Assembly (NCBI GenBank): GCA_009840135.1
Contig: VXOH01000131.1
Coordinates: forward strand, 3,608 to 67,607
Source of the DNA: Chloroflexota bacterium
GTDB taxonomy: Bacteria; Chloroflexota; Dehalococcoidia; Lucifugimonadales; UBA3495
Length of the DNA: 64,000 nt
Direction: 5' to 3'
This document shows positions 18,662 through 27,943 of this stretch, one piece after another (the stretch's first letter is position 1; each line of letters opens with the position of its first letter). A program made the translations under genes and the position numbers. The notes below the pieces were generated by a model. The model was not told where the DNA came from. It ran no database searches and saw only the letters and a list, made by a program, of their open reading frames with translations.

Positions 18662-18847
18662 GGGTATGACCAACAAAGGGCGGCCCTTTGACAGGCACAG
18701 GGTGAGCAGAATAATCACTCTCCGTTTCGGTCAAGTCCGCCCAGCCTTGTCCCACCCCTACCGCCGGGGTATCATACCCTCCGAAACCAGGGTTTCCCGA
18801 CTCGCCGATAGGACAGTCCTGCCGGCGCATGGTTAAAGGGGTGAGCG

Positions 18848-20446
18848 ATGCCAAGGAAGAGCTTCTGGGCCTGGGGTATGGAGGCCGACGAACCCACCGA
18901 GGCGCAGCGCCGGGAACTGGCCGCCAGCCTCTCCGCCAAGTATGGCGTTTCCATAGATGTGCCACCGGTGCCCACCAGCAACGCCCTGGAGCTGCGGAAG
19001 CCCCGCATCAGCGTCCCAGATTCGCTGGCGGCCATCTGCTCCACCGACACCCATGAAAGAGCCGTACACACCTACGGCCGCAACTACGAAGACCGCATCC
19101 GAGCCTTTAACCTGCAATTCCCCAACCCACCCGACGTGGTGGCCTTCCCCAGGAACGAGGACGACGTGGTAGCCCTGCTGGACTGGTGCTCCGACCGGGG
19201 TTACTGCGCCATACCCTACGGCGGCGGCAGTTCGGTAGTTGGCGGGGTGGAACCGCCGGAGGGGTATGACGGCACAGTTTCCATAGACCTGGGCGGACTG
19301 GACCAGGTGCTGGAGATAGACGATGTTTCCCGTGCCGCCCGCATCCAGGCCGGGGTTTACGGTCCGGCGCTGGAAGAACAGCTCCGGCCCCACGGATTTA
19401 CCCTGCGCCACTATCCCCAGAGCTTCGAGTTTTCCACCCTGGGCGGCTGGATAGCCACCCGTTCCGGGGGCCACTACGCCACCAACCAGACCCATATTGA
19501 CGATTTTGTCGAGTCGGTGCGGATGGTCACTCCCCAGGGTATCTGGGAGTCCCGCCGTCTCCCCGGCAGCGGCGCCGGCCCCAGTCCCGACCGCATGATC
19601 CTGGGCAGCGAAGGAGCGCTGGGCATAATCACCGAGGCCTGGATGCGGATTCAGGCCAGGCCCCGGTTTCGGGCGTCCGCCGCCGTTGCCTTCCCCACCT
19701 TTGAAACGGGAGGTGAAGCCGTTCGGCAGATTGTCCAGACCAAGCTGTGGCCGGCCAACTGCCGCCTGCTGGACCCGGGCGAGGCGGAGGATGCACTGGG
19801 CACCGACGGCGCCAACGCCATCCTGGTACTGGGCTTTGAGTCCGCCGAACTGCCCCAGGGCGAGCAGATGCGGCAGGTGATAGACATCGCCCGCGAGTGC
19901 GGTGGTTCAGTAAGCGATGACCAGATAAGGATAGTTGACGGGAGCGGCGAGGAGGCCCGCCGTCCCGAGGCGGTAGGGGCCTGGCGCAACGCCTTCATCA
20001 ACGCTCCCTACCAGCGCAACGCCTCCATGGGTATGGGCCTGGTAGCCGAGACCCTGGAGACCTCCATTACCTGGGACCGGTGGCACGAGATGGACGGTGC
20101 GGTGCGCAACGCCCTGCAGGACGCCCTGGACCGGGTTTGCGGCGGCGGGCGGGTAACCTGTCGCTTCACCCACGTCTATCCCGACGGGCCGGCCCCCTAC
20201 TTCACCTTCGAGGGCATGGGACGGCCGGGGGCCGAAATCGAGATGCACGAAGAGATAAAGCGAGTCGCCTCCGACGCCATCATGGAGGCTGGCGGCACCA
20301 TCACCCACCACCACGCCGTGGGGAGAGTCCACCGTCCCTGGTACGACCAGCAGCGCCCGGACCCCTTCGCCGCCGCCCTGCGCGCCGCCAAGTCCGCCGT
20401 GGACCCCAACTGGGTGCTGAACCCGGGGATATTGGTTGACAGGTAG
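18848..20446 (+). CDS. FAD-binding oxidoreductase (alkyl-DHAP-synthase-like FAD-linked oxidase)
   Basis: Reads PDVVAFPRNEDDVVALLDWC...IPYGGGSSVVGG (PCMH-type FAD domain). C-terminal HHHAVGRVH. Confidence 0.85.
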   Translation: MPRKSFWAWGMEADEPTEAQRRELAASLSAKYGVSIDVPPVPTSNALELRKPRISVPDSLAAICSTDTHERAVHTYGRNYEDRIRAFNLQFPNPPDVVAFPRNEDDVVALLDWCSDRGYCAIPYGGGSSVVGGVEPPEGYDGTVSIDLGGLDQVLEIDDVSRAARIQAGVYGPALEEQLRPHGFTLRHYPQSFEFSTLGGWIATRSGGHYATNQTHIDDFVESVRMVTPQGIWESRRLPGSGAGPSPDRMILGSEGALGIITEAWMRIQARPRFRASAAVAFPTFETGGEAVRQIVQTKLWPANCRLLDPGEAEDALGTDGANAILVLGFESAELPQGEQMRQVIDIARECGGSVSDDQIRIVDGSGEEARRPEAVGAWRNAFINAPYQRNASMGMGLVAETLETSITWDRWHEMDGAVRNALQDALDRVCGGGRVTCRFTHVYPDGPAPYFTFEGMGRPGAEIEMHEEIKRVASDAIMEAGGTITHHHAVGRVHRPWYDQQRPDPFAAALRAAKSAVDPNWVLNPGILVDR

Positions 20447-20502
20447 GCGGTGCAGTATAATCCCTTCCCCTATGATCTGGGCGGTTAAGATGGAGCAAAA
20501 AA

Positions 20503-20541
20503 TCCCCTCCCCCTTGATGGGGGAGGGTTAGGGTGGGGGTG
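20503..20541 (+). repeat. 39-bp terminal inverted repeat, left arm (family B)
   Basis: tcccctcccccttgatgggggagggttagggtgggggtg is the exact reverse complement of 20890-20928. Confidence 0.9.
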
Positions 20542-20627
20542 TTGGCATCCATACAAACACTACCGTTACCAGGGCAAGGCATCTAAGAAGAAACCCCACG
20601 GCTGCCGAACGAAAGCTATGGAGCACG

Positions 20628-20903
20628 TTGCGCACTCGCCAATTGCTGGGGCGCAGGTTTCGTAGGCAGGCCTCTATTGGCCCATATATCGTTGACTTCG
20701 TTAGTTTTGATGAGAAACTGATCATCGAAGTGGATGGCAGTCAACACATGGAGCAGAATGACTCTGATGCCGTACGTACGGCCTGGCTGGAGTCTCAGGG
20801 TTTTAGGGTGATTCGTTTCTGGAATAATCAGGTATTGCTAGAAATCGGGTCCGTGCAGGAATCAATAATATCGGCCCTGCGAGGCACTTCACCCCCACCC
20901 TAA
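20628..20903 (+). CDS. DUF559 (Vsr-like) endonuclease domain protein, possibly N-terminally defective
   Basis: Reads GRRFRRQASIGPYIVDFVSFDEKLIIEVDGSQH...GFRVIRFWNNQV. The conserved HLRRNPTAAERKLW lies in frame upstream (from 20580), but no ATG/GTG/TTG occurs before the TTG at 20628. Confidence 0.65.
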   Translation: MRTRQLLGRRFRRQASIGPYIVDFVSFDEKLIIEVDGSQHMEQNDSDAVRTAWLESQGFRVIRFWNNQVLLEIGSVQESIISALRGTSPPP

Positions 20904-20928
20904 CCCTCCCCCATCAAGGGGGAGGGGA
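20890..20928 (-). repeat. 39-bp terminal inverted repeat, right arm (family B)
   Basis: Exact reverse complement of 20503-20541; contains the DUF559 stop codon. Confidence 0.9.
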
Positions 20929-20958
20929 CTATTGGGCGAGATGGTTTCGAGCGTTCCA

Positions 20959-21030
20959 GGCACTTCACCCCCATTCCGCCAAGGGCGGACGTGGCCGCCT
21001 AACCCTCCCCCATCAAGGGGGAGGAGACTA
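20959..21030 (-). repeat. additional family-B element with an extra internal hairpin
   Basis: ggcacttcaccccca...ccgccaagggcgg...taaccctcccccatcaagggggaggagact, in tandem to the right TIR. Confidence 0.7.
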
Positions 21031-21075
21031 CATAGTTCGAGACTCTTAGCTTAATTTATTGCACAAGGAGGCCAC

Positions 21076-21276
21076 ATGCCTATTTCCAAGGAAACCATGC
21101 AAGCCATCATCCGCGAGTACGGGGGCTTTGAGCTTTCCGACGAGGAGCTGGACCTGGTGCAGCCGGAAGTTGACGGCTACCTGGAAGCCATGGCCGGAAC
21201 AGCGAACCTGGACCTTTCCGACGTAATGTCCAGCCGCTTGCTTCGCGTCGCCGAAGGAGGTGGCGAAAATGCCTAA
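21076..21276 (+). CDS. small acidic protein upstream of the amidase (GatC/AtzG-like accessory subunit candidate)
   Basis: 66 aa with AAGGAGG RBS. The 3' end overlaps the amidase start by 8 nt. Confidence 0.5.
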   Translation: MPISKETMQAIIREYGGFELSDEELDLVQPEVDGYLEAMAGTANLDLSDVMSSRLLRVAEGGGENA

Positions 21277-22690
21277 CGATGCTCTTCTGGATCTGACCAT
21301 TGCCGAACTTGCTCCGAAGATTGCCTCCAGAGAAGTTTCCCCGGTAGAGGTCACCGAGGCTGCCCTGGCCCGGGCGGACCGGCTCCAGCCCAGCCTCAAT
21401 TCCTTCATCACCCTACTCCACGATAGGGCCATGGAACGCGCCCGGGAATTGGAGGCGGAACTGGCCGCCGGGAAGAATCGCGGGCCCCTGCACGGAATTC
21501 CCATCGGCATCAAGGACAACATCGAGACCAAGGGAATACGCTCCACCGTCGGTTCGCTGGTGCTGGGCGACAATGTGCCCGACGAGGACGCCCGGGTGGT
21601 TACCCTGTGCGAAGAGGCCGGGGCCATTGTGCTGGGCAAGGAAAACCTGGAGGAGTTCGCCGCCGGCGCCACCTCCAACAACCCTCACTACGGCGCCGTC
21701 CATAACCCCTGGAACCTGGACCACATTCCCGGGGGTTCCAGCGGCGGCGGCGGGGCCAACGTAGCCGCCTGCGTTACCTTCGCGTCCCTGGGCACCGACC
21801 TGGGCGGCTCGGTGCGGCTGCCAGGCACCTTCTGTGGAGTGGTGGGACTCAAGCAGACTTTTGGGCGCGTGAGCCAGCGGGGCCTGATGGTCACCAGTTT
21901 TAACGGCGACCATATCGGCCCCATGACCCGATCCGTCGCCGACAGCGCCTTGGTGCTCCAGGCCATCGCCGGCTACGATCCCCTGGACCCCAGCACCGTT
22001 CCCGTCCCTGTTCCCGACTACTCGGAAGGCCTGGGTGGCGATCTCTCCGGCATGACGGCCGGCATCCCTTCCAACTACTTCTTTGAAGAGGTAGATTCCG
22101 AAGTTGAGGCCTCCGTGCGAAACGCCATTGCCGCCCTGCAGGAGTTGGGTGTGGAGGTGAGGGAAGTGAGCCTGCCCAGCATGGAGTACGTGGGCGCACT
22201 GCGGGCCGCCAGCCTGTCCGACGGCGTGGTGACCCACGAGCCTTATTTGAGCAGCGACCGGGACAAGTACGGGCCCAACGTCATTTACCGCACCCTGGCC
22301 GGCCAGTTCGTCCTGGGCAGGGACTACTCAAAAGCCATGAAGGTCCAGCGCATCATCAAGGAGGAATACGCCCGGGTTTTGCAGGACGTGGACTTCCTGG
22401 TAACGCCCACGGCTCCGATTCCCGCTCCCCGAATAGATGCGGTGGAGGTTGACCTGAACGGGGCAACCCACCGGGTGAGGGGGCCGGCTTCGGGTTTCAT
22501 CTCCCGCAACACCAGCCCCATGAACGGCAATGGCCTTCCGGCCATCACGGTACCCTGCGGTTTCAGCGGCGGGGGACTGCCCATCGGCGTCCAGTTTATC
22601 GGTCGCCCCTTCGAGGAAGGACTGATTTTCCAGGTGGCGTCAGGCTACGAGCAGGTCTCGCCCAGCCAGGGTGTCCGGCCTCCTTTGTGA
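21269..22690 (+). CDS. amidase (amidase-signature family, GatA/AtzE-like)
   Basis: Has GIPIGIKDNI and GGSSGGGGA (Ser-cisSer-Lys signature). ATG at 21269 with GAAGGAGG upstream. Confidence 0.9.
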   Translation: MPNDALLDLTIAELAPKIASREVSPVEVTEAALARADRLQPSLNSFITLLHDRAMERARELEAELAAGKNRGPLHGIPIGIKDNIETKGIRSTVGSLVLGDNVPDEDARVVTLCEEAGAIVLGKENLEEFAAGATSNNPHYGAVHNPWNLDHIPGGSSGGGGANVAACVTFASLGTDLGGSVRLPGTFCGVVGLKQTFGRVSQRGLMVTSFNGDHIGPMTRSVADSALVLQAIAGYDPLDPSTVPVPVPDYSEGLGGDLSGMTAGIPSNYFFEEVDSEVEASVRNAIAALQELGVEVREVSLPSMEYVGALRAASLSDGVVTHEPYLSSDRDKYGPNVIYRTLAGQFVLGRDYSKAMKVQRIIKEEYARVLQDVDFLVTPTAPIPAPRIDAVEVDLNGATHRVRGPASGFISRNTSPMNGNGLPAITVPCGFSGGGLPIGVQFIGRPFEEGLIFQVASGYEQVSPSQGVRPPL

Positions 22691-22738
22691 CGGGCAGCGT
22701 GTCCGGCCTGGCTTAAACAGATACGGTAGGGGCAGCCC

Positions 22739-22775
22739 TTGTGGCTGCCCCACTTTCATTTTTTCGTTACTAACA
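22739..22775 (+). terminator. rho-independent terminator after the amidase (family-C hairpin plus T-run)
   Basis: ggggcagcc-cttgt-ggctgcccc (9-bp stem) followed by actttcattttttcg. Confidence 0.7.
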
Positions 22776-22806
22776 CGCTTGCCAATCGGTATCGCGCTGC
22801 TCCACG

Positions 22807-24594
22807 CTATGCATTGGCCCAGGGCCGTGACTTTGCAATGTTCTGGACCTCCCGCGTGGTGGTTAGGGGAGCGAGGCACCGTTCTCCCATGCAAGCGTAC
22901 AGGGCCGCCGCCCTGTTGGCAGGGAAACCTAGAACGCGGACTCGCTCCGAGTCCCGTTCCAGGTCCAGGGGAAGCACTGCCCGGTGGGGCGCATAGGTGC
23001 GCAGGGCAGCCCGGTGGAGACTGCGATACCCGGCGGTGGTTGAATCACCAACCAGCACCAGACGCACCGTTCCGTGGACCAACATATCCTGGGCCCGGCC
23101 CCAAGCCGACCCAGCCGGCAGGAAAAGGGCTTCCTCATCCTCTTCCATCCGGCGGGAGGGGTGGCTGCCCAGGTAGCTTTTTCCCGGGACTAACGGCTCA
23201 TGAATCTTGAGAGTTGCAGCCGCCCGGTCCAGGTACCCACTGTCGCCGGTCAGTTCGGCCAGGACCATCAGCGATTCCGCCCACAGGCTGTTGTCCAGAA
23301 CCGGCTGTTCCCGGGGAAGAAGCCGGGCTTCAAAAGTCAAGGAGGGGACGGTATCGAAGCAGCCACCCTCCGGCGCGCCGAACAGCCGCTGGATGCTGCC
23401 TGCCACCTCGACAGCCCGCCCCAGATGTTCCGGTAGTCCGGTTGCCTGGTACATCTCCAGCCAGGCCCGCAGGAAGTTGACCTGGTCGCTTAGGATGGCA
23501 GCAGCGCCCTGGGCCTCTCCCGCCCGTCGCGCTAACCCGCCGGTCGCGGACCAGGCATCACTCCAGAGCCTGTCCAGGATGTCGGCGCCCCGCCGCCGGT
23601 AGTACTGCCGGCCCAGTACTCCAGCCGCCCGCACCAGGGCCAATGCGGCCAGGGCGTTCCAACCGGCGTAGAAGGTCCGGTCTATGGGCGGCGGCGCGGC
23701 GGCGGCCCTGTCCTTCCACGACATCTGATAATAGGGCTCGTCGGCGTCCTGGCTGGCGTAGAACAGCCCCGCATCCCCGTCAAACAGGGTGGCGGACAGG
23801 TACTGGAGAATACCCTGGGCGGCCTGCCGGTAACCGGCCTTGCGGGTTACCTGGTAAGCCTCCAGGTAGGCCATCAACAGGCTGGCATTGCTGACCAGCA
23901 TCTTCTCGTAATGAGGCACCTTCCAGTCCCGGCTTACGGAGTAGCGGAAAAAGCCCTGGTCCTTCCGGTCATAAATGCCCTGCCACATTCCCTCCAGGGT
24001 AGTTTCAACCATCTTCAAGACAGACCGGTCGCCGGTCAGGCCGTGGTGGGCGGTGAGAAAATGCAATGCTTCCCAGGGGGGCTGCTTGGGCTCAACCCCG
24101 AATCCGCCGAACTGGTCATCGTAGAGTTCCGTCAGCCGTTCCAGCACCGCGTCGGCGGACTGACGCCCCGACCTGGCTCCCGCCCTTCCGGTGGCCGAAA
24201 GCGGTCCGGCTTGGGTGGGCACGGCGGGCAACTCGCCGCTGGCAACCTGGGCCAGCAGGGCAACCATCTCGTCCGGCGGGGTATAGGGACGACCGGCCAG
24301 GAACCGGCCATCGCCCGCTATGAACGCCACCGAGGGGAAACCACCCTGGTTGTAGCGCAGGGAAATGTCGGGCCGCCGGTCAACATCCACCCGCACCGGA
24401 ATGAACCGGGCGTTGACCAGTTCAATCACCCTCGGGTCCGCGTAGGCCTGCTCGTCCATAACGTGGCACCAGTGGCACCAGGTCGCCCCCAGGGTGAGGA
24501 GTACCGGCTTATCCTCGGCCCTGGCCGCCTCGAAAGCAGCCTCGTTCCACTCCCGCCAGGCTATGGTGTCGCTGTGCCCCTCCGCTGGAGTCAT
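22807..24594 (-). CDS. thioredoxin domain-containing protein (DUF255 / YyaL-like, with six-hairpin glycosidase-like C-domain)
   Basis: Reads KPVLLTLGATWCHWCHVMDEQAY...GGFPS. Start taken at MTPAEGH (24592-24594) with GGAGGG upstream. Confidence 0.85.
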   Translation of the reverse strand: MTPAEGHSDTIAWREWNEAAFEAARAEDKPVLLTLGATWCHWCHVMDEQAYADPRVIELVNARFIPVRVDVDRRPDISLRYNQGGFPSVAFIAGDGRFLAGRPYTPPDEMVALLAQVASGELPAVPTQAGPLSATGRAGARSGRQSADAVLERLTELYDDQFGGFGVEPKQPPWEALHFLTAHHGLTGDRSVLKMVETTLEGMWQGIYDRKDQGFFRYSVSRDWKVPHYEKMLVSNASLLMAYLEAYQVTRKAGYRQAAQGILQYLSATLFDGDAGLFYASQDADEPYYQMSWKDRAAAAPPPIDRTFYAGWNALAALALVRAAGVLGRQYYRRRGADILDRLWSDAWSATGGLARRAGEAQGAAAILSDQVNFLRAWLEMYQATGLPEHLGRAVEVAGSIQRLFGAPEGGCFDTVPSLTFEARLLPREQPVLDNSLWAESLMVLAELTGDSGYLDRAAATLKIHEPLVPGKSYLGSHPSRRMEEDEEALFLPAGSAWGRAQDMLVHGTVRLVLVGDSTTAGYRSLHRAALRTYAPHRAVLPLDLERDSERVRVLGFPANRAAALYACMGERCLAPLTTTREVQNIAKSRPWANA

Positions 24595-24834
24595 GCCCTT
24601 AACCCTCCTAACCATGATGGCACCTGACTGTTGCACAGGTATGGCTGTGCATGTGCATGTGCATTGTACCGTCCCGTCAATGCCCCCACATCAACCGCAG
24701 GCCAATGTGGGAATGTGCAATTCACCTGATGAGTATTTGCAACCCAACTTTACGCGTATCCGTATTGACGGGGCCGCCTTAGGCACGTAACCTTAGCGCA
24801 ACCTGGGTCACAAATATCCAGCAAGGAGTTTGGC

Positions 24835-25707
24835 ATGACGTTAAGCAAACAGACTACGTACGAGGTTGAAATTACGGATGTGGAGTACCTCCGGCACGGA
24901 GATAAGCCCTTCCTGGCGAAGGTGTTCAGGCCCAAGGGCAGCGGACCCTTCCCGGTAATGATCGAGCTGCACGGCGGCGCGTGGGTGAACGGCACCCGCG
25001 AAAACGGCAACGCCGGCAACGAAGCCCTGGCCAGCAACGGCATCATCGTGGCAGCCTTGGACTTCCGCGTACCGCCGGAAGCCTCATATCCCGCGTCCCT
25101 GGCCGATATCCACTACGGAATCCGCTGGGCCAAGACCCAGGCCGCGTCCTGGAACGGCATTACCGGCAAGATTGGCGCCATGGGCACCTCCAGCGGCGCC
25201 CACCAGGCCATGCTCCTGGGCATGAGGCCCACCGATGCCCGCTACTCTGCGCTGTCCATGACCAATGGCGCCGCCGCCGCGGATGGCTCGCTGGACTGCG
25301 TGATTATGGTCTCGCCGGTCATAGACCCCCTGGGCCGCTATCACTACGCCAAGGGCATTCGCGACGACATCAAGCCCCCCGAGTCGGTGGGTGAGCGCAC
25401 CGTTGCCATGCACGATATGTACTGGGTTACGGAAGAAGCCATGGCCGAAGCAGCACCGGCACGGATCTTGGACCGGGGCGAAAAGACCGAGTTGCCGCCC
25501 ACCCTGTGCCTTGCGCGCAACTACGAAGCGGCGCATCCCCGCCCGGACCTGGACGAATTCATCAGCCAGTACCGCAAGGCTGGCGGCCAGATTGACGTCA
25601 CCATTTTCGAAGAGGAAGGCGACGGCGTTTTGCGGGACCTCTCCACGGACGTGGCCCAGCGCGCGCTGGACCAGATGACCGCCTTCATCCGCCAGCACGT
25701 CGGCTAG
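24835..25707 (+). CDS. alpha/beta hydrolase (esterase/lipase, fold-3 type)
   Basis: Has the HGGAW oxyanion motif and a GTSSGA nucleophile elbow. Confidence 0.85.
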   Translation: MTLSKQTTYEVEITDVEYLRHGDKPFLAKVFRPKGSGPFPVMIELHGGAWVNGTRENGNAGNEALASNGIIVAALDFRVPPEASYPASLADIHYGIRWAKTQAASWNGITGKIGAMGTSSGAHQAMLLGMRPTDARYSALSMTNGAAAADGSLDCVIMVSPVIDPLGRYHYAKGIRDDIKPPESVGERTVAMHDMYWVTEEAMAEAAPARILDRGEKTELPPTLCLARNYEAAHPRPDLDEFISQYRKAGGQIDVTIFEEEGDGVLRDLSTDVAQRALDQMTAFIRQHVG

Positions 25708-25738
25708 ACAGGAAACCTGGCAACAACTGGACCCATAC

Positions 25739-25776
25739 GCGGCGGGGGCTTCATTGGCTCCCGCCGCCGTCTTTTT
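25739..25776 (+). terminator. rho-independent terminator after the esterase
   Basis: gcggcgggggc-ttcattg-gctcccgccgc (11-bp stem with one G-U) followed by cgtcttttt. Confidence 0.75.
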
Positions 25777-25916
25777 CCTGTTTCCTTACAGACATTGCCT
25801 CTTAAAGGCCCGCGGTTGTGCCCCTGTTCATGCTTGCCCATGGCCTGCACCGGAAGTATTCGATTTTAGTGGTGTGCCATTTTCGGATTGATGAATGGCC
25901 CGTGAGTCCGTTCGTG

Positions 25917-25981
25917 GTGAGCCTGTCGAACCATGAACCGGCGGCCCTTCGACAGGCTCAGGGCGAGCGGAATATAACCCA
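25917..25981 (+). repeat. family-A palindromic element
   Basis: tccgttcgtggtgagcctgtcgaaccatgaaccggcggcccttcgacaggctcagggcgagcgga. Confidence 0.85.
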
Positions 25982-26117
25982 TCATGTCAAAGTTGTTCGT
26001 TTGCCAGATGGTATCGCACAGGCGGAAGGACCGAGATGTAGCCAGGGCGGGTTTGAAGCCCGCCTCTACCTGCTATAGGCCTCCTGAATTGCAACGCTAC
26101 CACCGGCACGCCAGCCA

Positions 26118-26146
26118 TTGACTGCTACCAATATTTTTGTTAGCAT
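26118..26146 (+). promoter_or_regulatory. candidate sigma70-type promoter for the inositol-phosphate synthase gene
   Basis: TTGACT, 17 nt, TAGCAT; 60 nt upstream of the ATG in an AT-rich patch. Confidence 0.35.
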
Positions 26147-26205
26147 TGTCCCCGATCATACATAGAGCAATCAGGCCGCGACAAATTGTGCAGGGGCCGT
26201 AGCTC

Positions 26206-27756
26206 ATGTCAACTCGCAAAAACATCAAAAATATTGGTGAGGAATTAACCTTGAATAACGCCAGAAGCATTATTGAACGATTCGGCGGACAATCAGCCCT
26301 GGCCGCACTGCTGGGCAAGCGGCAGAGTACCGTGCAGCACTGGGCCAGGACCGGCAGAATACCTTCCCAGTGGCACTCCACATTGATGGAGCTGGCGGTG
26401 CAGCAGGGCGTTGCCCTGGAGCCCCGGGATTTCGTAACCTCCGAAGGTACCAGCATTGCCCCCGCCACCGGCAAGCTGGGCGTTCTGCTGGTGGGCATGG
26501 GCGCGGTATCCTCCACCTTCGTGGCCGGCGTTGAACACATCCGGCGCGGCACCGGGCAGCCGGTGGGCTCCGTGTCGCAGATGTCCACCATTCGCCTGGG
26601 CAAGCGCACCGAGCACCGCTCCCCGTTGATTCGCGACTTTGTCCCCCTGGCGGAACTGGATGATATGGTTTTCGGGGCGTGGGACCCCATTCCGGACAGC
26701 GCCTACGACGCCGCCGTAAAGGCCGGCGTGCTGGACCGGTACGAGCAGATCGAACCCGTCTCCGACTTTCTCAAGTCCGTCAACCCCATGCCGGCGGTGT
26801 TCGATAACGACTACGTAAAGCGCATCAACGGCACCAACACCCGGATGGTGGACTCCAAGCTGGGCGCGGCCGAATCCCTGCGGGAGGACATCCGGCGATT
26901 CAAGGAAGAGAACGGCTGCGACCGCCTGGTAATGATCTGGTGCGCCTCCACCGAGAAGTTCATTACCGAATCGGCGGCCCACCAGGACCTGGAAAACTTT
27001 GTCGGCGCGCTGCACGACAACAATGAAGCCATCGCCCCATCCATGATCTACGCCTATGCCGCGCTGATGGAAGGCGTTCCCTTCATCAACGGCGCCCCCA
27101 ACCTGACGGTGGACATTCCCTCCATGGAAAGGCTGGCCGCCGACCAGGGAGTGCCCATCTGCGGCAAGGACTTCAAGACGGGCCAGACCCTGGTCAAGAC
27201 CGTTATAGGGCCCATGCTCAAGGCCCGGATGCTGGGAATGGATGGCTGGTTCTCCACCAACATCCTGGGCAACCGCGACGGCGAGGTGCTGGACGAGCCC
27301 GAAAACTTCAGGACCAAGGAAGAGTCCAAGCTGGGCGTGCTGGAATACATACTGCAGCCCGACCTGTACCCCGACCTTTATTCTGACGCCTACCACAAGG
27401 TGCGTATCAACTACTACCCTCCCCGGGGCGACAACAAGGAAGGCTGGGACAACATAGACATTTTCGGCTGGCTGGGCCGGCGCATGCAGCTGAAGATTGA
27501 CTTCCTCTGCTCCGACTCCATCCTGGCCGCTCCCCTGGTGCTGGACCTGGTGCTGTTCATGGACCTGGCGAAACGGGCCGGCCTCTCGGGCATCCAGGAG
27601 TGGCTCTCCTTCTATTTCAAGAGCCCGCACCACGCCCCCAGCGTATATCCGGAACACGACCTGTTCATCCAGCAGACCAAGCTGAAGAACACCCTGCGGT
27701 GGCTGATGGGCGAGGACCAGATAACTCACCTGGGCATGGAGTACTACCGGGAGTAA
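26206..27756 (+). CDS. inositol-3-phosphate synthase with an N-terminal Cro/YdaS-like HTH extension
   Basis: Core reads KLGVLLVGMGAVSSTFVAG...NGAPNLTVD...WFSTNILGNRDGEVL...KEGWDNIDIFGWLG...FLCSDSILAAPLVLDL. The first roughly 75 aa read GGQSALAALLGKRQSTVQHWARTGRIPSQW. Confidence 0.9.
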   Translation: MSTRKNIKNIGEELTLNNARSIIERFGGQSALAALLGKRQSTVQHWARTGRIPSQWHSTLMELAVQQGVALEPRDFVTSEGTSIAPATGKLGVLLVGMGAVSSTFVAGVEHIRRGTGQPVGSVSQMSTIRLGKRTEHRSPLIRDFVPLAELDDMVFGAWDPIPDSAYDAAVKAGVLDRYEQIEPVSDFLKSVNPMPAVFDNDYVKRINGTNTRMVDSKLGAAESLREDIRRFKEENGCDRLVMIWCASTEKFITESAAHQDLENFVGALHDNNEAIAPSMIYAYAALMEGVPFINGAPNLTVDIPSMERLAADQGVPICGKDFKTGQTLVKTVIGPMLKARMLGMDGWFSTNILGNRDGEVLDEPENFRTKEESKLGVLEYILQPDLYPDLYSDAYHKVRINYYPPRGDNKEGWDNIDIFGWLGRRMQLKIDFLCSDSILAAPLVLDLVLFMDLAKRAGLSGIQEWLSFYFKSPHHAPSVYPEHDLFIQQTKLKNTLRWLMGEDQITHLGMEYYRE

Positions 27757-27871
27757 GGTGCTTGGCCAGTAAGCAGCATTGCCCAAGGGAAAGAGGACTC
27801 ATTCAGAGAGTTTCCTGGGAAACAGCGCCATCATCCCTCTCATCGCAGGACGATTGCAAAGCATTCATTGA

Positions 27872-27943
27872 ACCGCTCATGGCGAGCTTGTCGAACCATC
27901 CCGCGTTTTGGGGGCGTCCTTCGACAAGCTCAGGATGAGCGGA
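27872..27943 (+). repeat. family-A palindromic element
   Basis: accgctcatggcgagcttgtcgaaccatcccgcgttttgggggcgtccttcgacaagctcaggatgagcgga. Confidence 0.85.

Noticed and set aside
24647-24664. (gtgcat)x3 microsatellite in the divergent promoter region, and the cagaccggc x2.5 repeat (GQTGQTGQ) at about 34487-34510 in the PKS linker
   Set aside because: They are short simple repeats with no evident function, noted only as possible slippage sites.
25818-26078. 86-aa ORF, and similar ORFs at 8349..8657, 10805..10993 and 27600..27938
   Set aside because: Their conserved-looking parts (VVSLSNHE..PFD.LRA.G, GQPQGLPL, AGTRAAPT) are translations of the intergenic hairpin repeats, not proteins.
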